From: Ignavibacteriales bacterium
Lineage (GTDB): Bacteria; Bacteroidota; Ignavibacteria; Ignavibacteriales; Melioribacteraceae
Reading direction: 5' to 3'
Length of the DNA stretch: 64,000 nt
Assembly: GCA_020635285.1 (NCBI GenBank)
Contig: JACKAB010000007.1
Coordinates: 385,120 to 449,119 of the forward strand
This document shows, piece after piece, positions 49,747 to 59,449 of this stretch; position 1 is the stretch's first letter, and each line of letters begins with the position of its first letter. The translations under genes were made by a program, and so were the position numbers. The notes below the pieces were generated by a model that saw nothing but the letters and a program-made list of their open reading frames with translations, was not told where the DNA came from and made no database searches.

Positions 49747-50421
49747 ATGCTGCAAGATATTAATAATATTTTTAATGTTGGAATTACACCCCAAGAAATG
49801 TTTCTAAATTTATTAGTCGGTTTAGTTGCGGGAATAATCATTTCAATTTTTTATCGTAAATCATATAATGGTCCGGGTTACCAGGCATCATTTGTAAACT
49901 CGTTGATTTTATTGGTTATAATCACATCAATTGTAATAATGGTGATTGGAAATAATCTTGCGCGTGCATTTGGTTTAGTCGGTGCCATGTCAATTATTAG
50001 ATTTAGAACCGCTGTTAAAGAAACTCAAGATATAATGTATATTTTCTTTGCCCTTGCAATTGGTATGGCTGTTGGAGTTGGACAGCACGGACTAGCAATT
50101 TTTAGTTCTTTCTTTATTGGAATAATTACTTATGTGCTTTCTAAATCAAAATTTTCCACACCAATTAAAAGTGACCTTTTGCTTCAGTTTACATATAATG
50201 CAAATGGAAATGGAGTTGCAGATTACACAAAATTGATTAATGATTATTGCAAAAATAGTAAGTTAATAAATGCCAAAGCTATTGGTTCAGAAGAAATGTT
50301 AGAACTCTCCTATTATGTTGGATTTAGGAATAAAGAAAAAACCACAGAATTTGTTCAAAAATTAAGAAAAATTGAAGGTGTGCTTAACGTAAACCTTTTT
50401 TATGATGAAGAATATTTTTAA
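49747..50421 (+). CDS. DUF4956-family membrane protein
   Basis: Several TM helices are present. The signature GLVGAMSIIRFRTAVKETQDIMYIFFALAIGMAVGVG is typical of DUF4956. It begins 2 nt after the VTC gene. Confidence 0.7.
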   Translation: MLQDINNIFNVGITPQEMFLNLLVGLVAGIIISIFYRKSYNGPGYQASFVNSLILLVIITSIVIMVIGNNLARAFGLVGAMSIIRFRTAVKETQDIMYIFFALAIGMAVGVGQHGLAIFSSFFIGIITYVLSKSKFSTPIKSDLLLQFTYNANGNGVADYTKLINDYCKNSKLINAKAIGSEEMLELSYYVGFRNKEKTTEFVQKLRKIEGVLNVNLFYDEEYF

Positions 50422-50488
50422 ACTAATTCTTACTTCCTAAAGACATTAAATCTTATTAAATTATCTTTTCAACTACGAAAGGTATGTT

Positions 50489-52803
50489 ATGAAAACAAAA
50501 TTTCTCATGCCTCTATTTTTATTTCTATTTTTTTCAATGATTTCACTTTCTCAAAATGATGAAAGCTGGAAAGTTTATGATGATTCTGAAGTCGCAGAAA
50601 TTAGAATCACTATGAATCCAGGTGATTTGCAATATCTGTACGACTATCCTGAGAAAGAAAATGATTCAATGATGGTTTCAAGTATTAATTTCAAAAATGC
50701 ATTAATTGATGAAACTATAGACTCAGTTGGAATAAGAATAAGAGGGAATACATCAAGGGAATCTGCAAAAAAATCTTTTAAGCTTTCTTTTAATACATTC
50801 ATAAAAGGCAGAAAATTTTATTCACTTGAAAAAATGAATTTAAATGGAGAACATAATGATCCTTCAATTATTAGGAGCAAATTATGTTGGGATTTTTTTA
50901 ACAATATAGGAATAGTTTCTTCCCGAGCATCTCACGCAGCAGTTTATATAAATGGGGATTATTACGGTCTTTACATTTCAGTTGAACATATTGATGAAAA
51001 CTTCATTAAAAAAAACTTCAAAGATGATTCTGGAAATTTATGGAAATGTTTATATGGAGCTAATTTAACTCCTCTAAATAACAATAATATTTCTGCGTAC
51101 ACATTAGAAACCAATACTGGAGCTAATGATTTTTCTGAGTTAGATACGCTGACAAAAATAATCAATAATACAACACTTAGTAATTTTGAAAATTCAATTG
51201 ATAAATATTTTAATGTAATGGAATATTTAAAAATACAGGCAGTTGATATTATTACCGGAAGTTGGGACGATTATTCAGTACTGAGTAATAACTTTTATTT
51301 ATATCATGATCCTTCAACCGATAGATTTCATTGGGTCCCATATGATTATGATAATACTTTTGGTATTGATTGGCTTGGATTTGATTGGGCAAATGAAAAT
51401 CCATACACTTTCGGGAAATTGCTTAACCAGCCACGCCCTTTAATAAATAGGCTCTTGGAAATTCCAAGGTATAAAAATATGCTTTCTCATTTTATGGAGT
51501 TTTATCTTGAAACATATATGCAAGCTGAAAAATTTAATGGACATGTGGATTCAATAAAGACAATAATTGAAGCATTTGCGTTGGTAGATGATTATAAATC
51601 ATATGATTGGGGTTTTACTAACGAAGATTTTCAAAATTCCTTTGATGCTGAAAATTTTACAATAGATCCGCATGTAAAGTATTCAATTAAAGAATACAAT
51701 TTGCTGCGAAAAAATTCTTTGAATTCACAAATAGATTACGTCGACTCGGAACCAATTATATATAATATTAGTTTATCAAACACAAAACCAGCTTATGATG
51801 AATCCATAAAAGTGAATGCTTCGGTCTTTTCAGTAAACCCAATTCAATTGGCATATGCAGAGTTAGAATATAAAGATGGGAGCAAAAGCAATATTCCTTT
51901 AACTTATACGCCCGTAAATAATACTAATAAAGTTGAATTGAATGATAATTGGGAAACGGAAATTCCTGTACTAGGAAAAAACCAAAATGTTAAAATAAGA
52001 ATATATGTTGAAGATAATCTTGGGACAAATGCATTTTATCCAGCCGATGGAATAAGTATTAAAACTGCAGGAGAAATAACAAAAGAAGTAGTATTTAGTG
52101 AGTTGATGAGTTCCAATGTTTCAACAATTCAAGATAATGTTGGGGAATATGATGATTGGCTGGAAATTTATAATCCGCAAGATACAACGGTAAATTTAAG
52201 TGGTAAATTTTTAACAGATAAAATAGATAAACTAATAAAATGGCAAATCCCAGCAAATGTAAAAATAGAACCAAAAGAACAAATCTTAATATGGTGCGAT
52301 GAGGATCAAGACCAATAAGGTCCACATATTAATTTTAAGTTAAGCTCAAACGGAGAATTTATTGCAATTGTAAATAATGATGGGACAACCATTTTGATTC
52401 AATAACAATTCCAGCATTAGGTGAAAATAATTTTTATTCAAAATTTGATAATGATATTTGGGAAATTACAAATAACCCAACACCTGGTGCCCCGAACATA
52501 ATTACGGATATTAACGAAATCAAGTTTAGATTTGAAAATAATTTATCGGCATTTCCAAATCCTTTAACCCAAAAAACAAATATTGAATTTTCAACGAATG
52601 TTATTACTGATATTAATCTAAGGATATTTAACATAATGGGGAAACAGTTTGGACTACAAAATTGAAAAAGCATCCCTAGGTAAGCATTTAATAGAATGGG
52701 ATAGTCTCAATAATTTTGGAAACAAATTACCAAGTGGCATTTATTTTTTTTACAAGCTATTGGCTCTAACTTTAATATAATTATTAAGTTAGTCTTATTG
52801 AAA
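50489..52803 (+). pseudogene. secreted CotH-family protein with C-terminal LTD and T9SS domain (copy A); in-frame stop at 52316 plus frameshifts in the 3' part, end approximate
   Basis: ORF 50489..52318 has a signal peptide and CotH-like core (IRIRGNTSRESAKKSFKLSFN...MNLNGEHNDPSIIRSKL...AVYINGDYYGLYISVEHIDENF) plus an LTD (EYDDWLEIYNPQDTTVNLSG). Copy A reads caa-taa-ggt where copy B has caa-gca-ggt. The protein continues as GPHINFKLSS...FPNPL...IEF...LRIFNIMGKQ...SGIYFF...KLVLLK with further frame changes. Confidence 0.75.
50552..52385 (+). repeat. tandem duplication, unit A (~1.83 kb, high identity to 52965..54800)
   Basis: Line-by-line comparison, for example caaaatgatgaaagctggaaagtttatgatgattctgaagtcgcagaaattagaatcactatgaat at both 50552 and 52965. 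Identity persists to ...ggtccacatattaattttaagttaagctcaaa. The offset is ~2413 nt. Confidence 0.9.
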
Positions 52804-52904
52804 GAAGTTATTTTAAAATATTTTCTTCTGAAAAAAAGTTTACAAATTTTCATTCAATCTTATTTCTGTTTATTTTATAAATATTTTAATATGAAGAGAA
52901 TTGT

Positions 52905-55229
52905 ATGAAAAATTGTAAATATATAATAATATTATTTTTTATCCTCGTTGTATCAAACCAAGCACAAAATGATGAAAGCTGGAAAGTTTATGATGATTCT
53001 GAAGTCGCAGAAATTAGAATCACTATGAATCAGGTGATTTGCAATATCTGTACGACTATCCTGAGAAAGAAAATGATTCAATGATGGGTTTCAAGTATTA
53101 ATTTCAAAAATGCATTAATTGATTGAAACTATAGACTCAGTTGGAATAAGAATAAGAGGGAATACATCAAGGGAATCTGCAAAAAAATCTTTTAAACTTT
53201 CTTTTAATACCTTCATAAAGGTCGTAAATTTTATTCACTTGAAAAATTGAATTTTAAATGGAGAACATAATGATCCTTCAATTATTAGGAGCAAATTATG
53301 TTGGGATTTTTTTAACAAATATAGGAATAGTTTCTTCCCGAGCATCTCACGCAGCAGTTTATATAAATGGGGATTATTACGGTCTTTACATTTCAGTTGA
53401 ACATATTGATGAAAACTTCATTAAAAAAACTTCAAAGATGATTCTGGAAATTTATGGAAATGTTTATATGGCGCTAATTTAACTCCTCTAAATAACAATA
53501 ATATTTCTGCGTACACATTAGAAACCAATACTGGAGCTAATGATTTTTCTGAGTTAGATACGCTGACAAAAATAATCAATAATACAACACTTAGTAATTT
53601 TGAAAATTCAATTGATAAATATTTTAATGTGATGGAATATTTAAAAATACAGGCAGTTGATATTATTACCGGAAGTTGGGACGATTATTCAGTACTGAGT
53701 AATAACTTTTATCTATATCATGATCCTTCAACCGATACGTTTCATTGGATCCCATATGATTATGACAATACATTTGGTATTGATTGGCTTGGATTTGATT
53801 GGGCAAATGAAAATCCATACACTTTTCGGAAATTGCTTAACCAGCCACGCCCCTTTAATAAATAGGCTCTTGGAAATTCCAAGGTATAAAAATATGCTTT
53901 TTCATTTTATGGAGTTTTATCTTGAAACATATATGCAAGCTGAAAAATTTAATGGGCATGTGGATTCAATAAAAACAATAATTGAACCATTTGCTTTGGT
54001 AGATGATTATAAATCATATGATTGGGGTTTTACTAATGAAGATTTTCAAAATTCCTTTGATGCTGAAAATTTTACAATAGATCCGCATGTAAAGTATTCA
54101 ATTAAAGAATACAATTTGCTGAGAAAAAATTCTTTGAATTCACAAATAGATTACGTCGACTCGGAACCAATTATATATAATATTAGTTTATCAAACACAA
54201 AACCAACTTATGATGAATCCATAAAAGTGAATGCTTCGGTCTTTTCAGTAAACCCAATTCAATTAGCATATGCAGAGTTAGAATATAAAGATGGGAGCAA
54301 AAGCAATGTTCCTTTAACTTATACGCCCGTAAATAATACTAATAAAGTTGAATTGAATGATAATTGGGAAACTCAACTTCCTGCACTAGGAAAAAACCAA
54401 AATGTTAAAATAAGAATATATGTTGAAGATAATATTGGGACAAATGCATTTTATCCTAACGATGGAATAAGTATTAAAACAGCAGGAGAAATAACAAAAA
54501 GAAGTAGTATTTAGTGAGTTGATGAGTTCCAATGTTTCAACAATTCAAGATAATGCTGGGGAATATGATGATTGGCTGGAAATTTATAATCCGCAAGATA
54601 CAACGGTAAATTTAAGTGGTAAATATTTAACAGATAAAATAGATAATTTAATAAAATGGCAATTCCCAGCAAATGTAAAAATAGAACCAAAGGAACAAAT
54701 TTTAATATGGTGCGATGAGGATCAAGACCAAGCAGGTCCACATATTAATTTTAAGTTAAGCTCAAAAGGAGAGTTTATTGCAATTGTAAATAATGATGGA
54801 ATTACAATAGTTGATTCAGTAACAATACCCGCGTTGAATGATAATGAATCTTTTGCGAGAGAAAATAATATCGGCGATTGGTTTCTCACAACTTCTAGCA
54901 CACCAGGTGCAAGCAACATTGTAACTAGCATTTCAGATCAATTAATTCCCAAATACTCTTATAAGCTGGAAGCATTCCCAAATCCTTTTAATCCTTCTAC
55001 CAATATTGAATATGAAATTGCCTCACCAATGAATGTAGAGTTAAAAATTTATGATATTTTAGGAAGGGAAGTTTGGAGTACAAGTAAGATTAAAAAAGAA
55101 GCTGGAATACATCAATTGCAATGGAATGGAAGTGATTACGCAAGTAATGAATTATCAAGTGGAATATATTTGCTTAATATTAATAGTGAAACTTATAATA
55201 AAACTATAAAGCTTATGTTGCTTCGGTAA
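52905..55229 (+). pseudogene. secreted CotH-family protein with LTD and T9SS domain (copy B); at least 8 single-base indels relative to copy A
   Basis: ATG at 52905 gives MKNCKYIIILFFILVVSNQAQNDESWKVYDD... Indels versus copy A include aatcaggtg versus aatccaggtg, gatgggtttc versus gatggtttc, attgattgaaac versus attgatgaaac, and ccacgcccctttaat versus ccacgccctttaat. The intact 3' ORF 54519..55229 has the LTD and FPNPFNPSTNIEYEI...ELKIYDILGRE...GIYLL...KLMLLR. Confidence 0.8.
52965..54800 (+). repeat. tandem duplication, unit B
   Basis: See unit A. It differs by scattered substitutions and at least 8 mostly homopolymer-associated indels. Confidence 0.9.
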
Positions 55230-55293
55230 ATAATCATAGTAATTTTCGATAATTATTTGTAATGTTTACAAAACTATTTAGTTGGAGATTGCA

Positions 55294-56139
55294 ATGTCTA
55301 AAAAAAAATCTGACACAAAAAAATCAGATAAGAATTCTAAAAGTGAACTAGAAGTTGATAAGAAAAAATTAGAAAAAAAATTTTATGAAAAGGAATTAAG
55401 TAAACTTCAAATTGAACTTGTAAAATTACAAGAATGGATTAAAGAGAAAAGACTAAAAGTAGTTGTAATATTTGAAGGAAGAGATGCTGCCGGCAAGGGT
55501 GGAGTAATAAAAAGAATTAACCAAAGTTTAAATCCTAGAATTTGCAGAGTAGTTGCATTAGGTACACCAACTGAAAGAGAAAAATCACAGTGGTATTTTC
55601 AAAGATATGTTACGCATCTACCAGCCGGTGGTGAAATGGTTCTGTTTGATAGAAGTTGGTATAATAGAGCTGGCGTTGAAAAAGTAATGGGCTTCTGTAC
55701 TGATGAGGAGCATAAAGAGTTTTTAAGATCTTGCCCCGAATTTGAACGTATGCTTGTCCGATCCGGCATAAAGGTAATTAAGTATTATTTTTCAGTTAGC
55801 GATGAAGAACAAGAAAAACGTTTTCAAGCGAGAATACATGATAGAACAAAGCGCTGGAAATTAAGCCCAATGGATTTAGAATCACGCTCAAAATGGGTTG
55901 AGTATTCAAAAGCCAAAGATGAGATGTTTGCATATACAGATATTAAACAAGCTCCATGGTATGTTGTAAATGCTGATGATAAAAAGAAAGCCAGATTAAA
56001 TTGCATGAGTCATTTATTAAGTCTTATTAATTATGAAGACTTGACACCCGAGCCAATTAAATTACCTCCGAGACAAAAAGATAAAGGTTACATTCGTCCG
56101 CCAATTACTGATCAAACCTTTGTCCCGGACAAATATTAA
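55294..56139 (+). CDS. ppk2: polyphosphate kinase 2 (PPK2 family)
   Basis: VVIFEGRDAAGKGGVIKRI (Walker A), RVVALGTPTEREKSQWYFQRYVTHLPAGGEMVLFDRSWYNRAGVE and ERMLVRSGIKVIKYYFSVS are present. The ATG at 55294 (MSKKKSD) is preferred over the TTG at 55282. Confidence 0.9.
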   Translation: MSKKKSDTKKSDKNSKSELEVDKKKLEKKFYEKELSKLQIELVKLQEWIKEKRLKVVVIFEGRDAAGKGGVIKRINQSLNPRICRVVALGTPTEREKSQWYFQRYVTHLPAGGEMVLFDRSWYNRAGVEKVMGFCTDEEHKEFLRSCPEFERMLVRSGIKVIKYYFSVSDEEQEKRFQARIHDRTKRWKLSPMDLESRSKWVEYSKAKDEMFAYTDIKQAPWYVVNADDKKKARLNCMSHLLSLINYEDLTPEPIKLPPRQKDKGYIRPPITDQTFVPDKY

Positions 56140-56141
56140 TT

Positions 56142-56903
56142 TTATATTTTTATTGATAATCCAATTTTAGTATATGTATCCAAATCTTTTACGGTATCTG
56201 GAGGTTTACTGTCGTATCTTAATCCAAGACTAACTGATATGGAAACTTTCTCATTCAAACCAACACTAAGATGATTTTCACTTAACATTCTTATATCTTT
56301 AAAATTATCAAATCTTGGCTGCGCATAAATGATAATAGAAAGAGTTGAATTATCAGTTAAAGAATTTGTATAACTTAAATAATTACTCCACCTATGATGA
56401 TCCGTTAATGATGGATGAAAATTATCTGGACTTAAATCTAATTTTTCATGCTCAAACATATAAGCCGTTCCAAATGTTAAATTACTATTCTCAGTGCTTA
56501 ATAAACCAGATCTAACTCCCACTCCAATTAGGCTGCGGAATAATATCAATTGTTTTTTGTTATAATTTATTTGGGCAAAAAATTCCGGAGATATAAAAGT
56601 TTCAGTTTCCTTAATCAATCTAAAATGTAATAAAGCATTGTTTGAATATTCTTTTCCATTGTTCCATCCATAATCACCAAGTGCAATTAAAAATGAATTA
56701 AAACTATCTTTGTGATAATTTATTCTTCCGTCAACTCCAAATTCTTGAATATCGGTATTACCGGTTTTTGCCGAAACATAAAAAGAAAGATTTCCAAACA
56801 ACCCATCCGATTGATTTACTTTATTGTACTTTTCGATGTTTACTTGTGCGTGTATTGTAATAGAAAATATACTGAGTAATAAAAGAAATTTTAAAGTGTT
56901 CAT
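56142..56903 (-). CDS. outer-membrane beta-barrel protein, DUF481 (YdiY)-like
   Basis: 253 aa with a signal peptide, beta-strand periodicity and AKTGNTD near the N-terminus. Size and pattern resemble DUF481; this is from memory only. Confidence 0.4.
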   Translation of the reverse strand: MNTLKFLLLLSIFSITIHAQVNIEKYNKVNQSDGLFGNLSFYVSAKTGNTDIQEFGVDGRINYHKDSFNSFLIALGDYGWNNGKEYSNNALLHFRLIKETETFISPEFFAQINYNKKQLILFRSLIGVGVRSGLLSTENSNLTFGTAYMFEHEKLDLSPDNFHPSLTDHHRWSNYLSYTNSLTDNSTLSIIIYAQPRFDNFKDIRMLSENHLSVGLNEKVSISVSLGLRYDSKPPDTVKDLDTYTKIGLSIKI

Positions 56904-57055
56904 ATTTTTAATTTTATTTGTGAAAAAATGAACCGTAAAAATAATAAAAATATTTTTCTTGATGGTTACAATAAAACCTCTTACTTTCGTAATATAATAT
57001 TGATTAAATTTAATTAAAGTATTTTTCTAGAAAATTTATTTTTAATTTTCATATT

Positions 57056-57874
57056 ATGACCAAAGAAAAAATAAAACCAACTTTAAAACACAAACTTCAC
57101 GAAATAATTTTTGAAGCAGATACTAAAGCAGGCAAGCTATTTGATGTTGTACTTATTGCGAGTATTGTAATAAGTGTAATTGTTGTAATGTTGGATAGTG
57201 TTAGAGCAATAAGCGATAAATACGGAGAATTTTTTTTCTACATCGAATGGTTCTTTACAATAATTTTTACAATTGAGTATTTATTAAGAACATACACAGT
57301 TGGAAAACCATTTAAATATGTTTTTAGTTTTTTTGGAGTTGTTGACTTCCTTGCAATAATTCCAACATATGTCGCATTTTTTTTCCCCGCCACAAGATAT
57401 TTTGCTGTAGTAAGAATTTTAAGGGTTCTAAGAATTTTTAGAGTTTTAAAATTTGTTCAATATCTTGGCGAAGCAAAAATTTTAATGTCAGCTTTAAAAT
57501 CAAGCAGAAGAAAAATTACAATATTCATTTTTACTGTTTTCACTCTAGTTGTAATTCTTGGTTCGTTAATGTATATAATTGAAGGTGAAGAGAACGGTTT
57601 CACCAGCATCCCACGTAGTATTTACTGGGCCATTGTTACGTTAACAACTGTTGGATATGGAGATATTTCACCTCAAACAAATTTAGGTCAAACTCTTGCT
57701 GCATTTATTATGATTTTAGGTTATGGAATTATTGCTGTACCAACGGGAATAGTTACATCCGAATTATCCAACAAAGAATATAAAGTTGTTTCAACACAAG
57801 TGTGTAAAGAGTGTAGTATGGAAGGACACGATGTAGATGCTAAGTATTGTAAATATTGCGGAGCAAAAATATAG
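57056..57874 (+). CDS. voltage-gated-type K+ channel (6TM, TVGYGD filter) with C-terminal zinc-ribbon tail
   Basis: The S4-like segment is VRILRVLRIFRVLKFVQ and the selectivity filter is TLTTVGYGD. The C-terminus VCKECSMEGHDVDAKYCKYCGAKI contains CxxC-N12-CxxC. Confidence 0.85.
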   Translation: MTKEKIKPTLKHKLHEIIFEADTKAGKLFDVVLIASIVISVIVVMLDSVRAISDKYGEFFFYIEWFFTIIFTIEYLLRTYTVGKPFKYVFSFFGVVDFLAIIPTYVAFFFPATRYFAVVRILRVLRIFRVLKFVQYLGEAKILMSALKSSRRKITIFIFTVFTLVVILGSLMYIIEGEENGFTSIPRSIYWAIVTLTTVGYGDISPQTNLGQTLAAFIMILGYGIIAVPTGIVTSELSNKEYKVVSTQVCKECSMEGHDVDAKYCKYCGAKI

Positions 57875-57942
57875 TTTTTATATAAATTATATTGTATTAC
57901 AATTATTGTCCTCATTTAATAATAAAGAAGGAGGAATACAAA

Positions 57943-58239
57943 ATGGCAACCTACATTTTATTAACAAAGTTATCCCCGGATGAATCCAAAAAAGTGCATA
58001 ATCGCGCAAAGCTAGGTCACGTTTGGTTAGAAGAGGTTAAAGCTAAATGCCCCGAAGTAAATTTTGTTTCACATTATGCCTTATTGGGCAGATATGATTT
58101 TATGGATATCTATGAAGCACCTAATGAAAAAGTTGCGGCAAAAGTCAGCATGATAAGTTTAGCAAATGGCGCTTATACATCAGAGAGTATTACAGCAATT
58201 CCTTATAAAGAATTTACTGAGCTGCTTTCTGAGTTATAA
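57943..58239 (+). CDS. GYD-domain protein
   Basis: MATYILLTKL... and LGRYDFMDIYEAPNEKVAAKVSMISLANGAYTSESITAIP. A Shine-Dalgarno-like aaggagga precedes the ATG at 57943, so the ORF-track start at 57892 is too early. Confidence 0.7.
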   Translation: MATYILLTKLSPDESKKVHNRAKLGHVWLEEVKAKCPEVNFVSHYALLGRYDFMDIYEAPNEKVAAKVSMISLANGAYTSESITAIPYKEFTELLSEL

Positions 58240-58328
58240 TTTTATGCAATTGAGCTTTGTACAAAATTGTGATTGTTCATGATTTACTATTTAGATTAGA
58301 TATGAAACCCCAAAAATAATATTATTAA

Positions 58329-58365
58329 ATTGCCCTGCTGTTTTAGCAGGGCATTAAAAATTTTT
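58329..58365. terminator. bidirectional hairpin terminator between convergent genes
   Basis: tgccctgct (58331-58339) pairs with agcagggca (58345-58353), flanked by A/T runs. Confidence 0.55.
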
Positions 58366-58387
58366 GTAGAATAAAAATAATCTATAT

Positions 58388-59449
58388 TTACTCTGCGTTC
58401 TTGCCAAGTCCAAAAATACCAACTGATACTTTCACAACTCCAGTGCCTGCCTGTGGTGGTTGTCCATATGGTAGATTTGCATTTGCAATATAGATACTTG
58501 TCCAATTTCCCCAACCCCTTCCAAATGCGAGACTTGTTGGAGTATCAAATAAGCTGTTATCTAAAACTATCGGAGTAACAATACCACTCCGCGTATCAAG
58601 TTTTACAACTGGAGGTAAGCCAAAACCAAGTGTACATCCAGGAAGGACACCGTAAATATTCTCATAAATATCAACGGCTATACCATCTATGGTTGTGAGC
58701 AATGGATCTTGTTTAACAAGTTCGATAATAGGATGATTTCTATTTTTTCCTATCGTTACCTGACATATAAGACCTTGAGAAGTATTAGCAATGTATAACT
58801 TGTTTGGCGGATAGAAGGCAATGCCATTGGCTCCTGGTATTTTGCCGAAAGCAGGATCAAGAGCGCCGTTAAGCAATTTATCTTTAATCAGAATGTTGAA
58901 CTTTCGATCTCGTGCGTTGTAACACCATACTGCACCTTCTAATTCGAGACCTTTGTAACTATCTGTGGCATATAGGTTTCCCTTCCAGTCAAATGTAAGT
59001 GAATTAGGCGAACCAATTTCTTCTGAGCCTTTTAAGCGAACGGGAATCCTACTGTGTCCAATACGATAGACACCTTTCATTTCGGGGTTATCTGCGAAAG
59101 CCGCATAAATATTTCCAAATAAATCGGCTACTAGTCCGCGTACTTGGCCGGCTCCTGGTAACGTAGCATAAACTTCCCAGTTTCCATTATTTGTGAATTT
59201 TAAAATCTCATTTATTGAGCGATTTTCACCTCGAGTGTTGCTCACATACATATTTCCTCTTAAGTCAATTGCAATGCCTTCAGTTGAATTTCCGGGCGCT
59301 AGTGATAAAATTGGTGTAACTTCTCCAATAGTTTTATTTAATACTTCTTCTTCAACAGGTGTTTCAGATACTAATGGTGGTTCATCAGCGCATTTCCAAA
59401 TGAATAGTGAAAGCAACGCGAAAATTAGGATTAAGATTTTGTTTTTCAT
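58388..59449 (-). CDS. secreted SMP-30/gluconolactonase/LRE-like six-bladed beta-propeller protein
   Basis: A signal peptide plus repeated blade motifs (EGIAIDLRGNMYVSN, GLVADLFGNIYAA, NSLTFDWKGNLYATD, NGIAFYPPNKLYIAN, DGIAVDIYENIYG). Confidence 0.55.
   Translation of the reverse strand: MKNKILILIFALLSLFIWKCADEPPLVSETPVEEEVLNKTIGEVTPILSLAPGNSTEGIAIDLRGNMYVSNTRGENRSINEILKFTNNGNWEVYATLPGAGQVRGLVADLFGNIYAAFADNPEMKGVYRIGHSRIPVRLKGSEEIGSPNSLTFDWKGNLYATDSYKGLELEGAVWCYNARDRKFNILIKDKLLNGALDPAFGKIPGANGIAFYPPNKLYIANTSQGLICQVTIGKNRNHPIIELVKQDPLLTTIDGIAVDIYENIYGVLPGCTLGFGLPPVVKLDTRSGIVTPIVLDNSLFDTPTSLAFGRGWGNWTSIYIANANLPYGQPPQAGTGVVKVSVGIFGLGKNAE

Noticed and set aside
43629-56139. The CotH/VTC island as a mobile element, prophage or integrative island.
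   Set aside because: I could read no integrase, transposase, tRNA target or flanking direct repeats. The only repeat is the internal tandem gene duplication.
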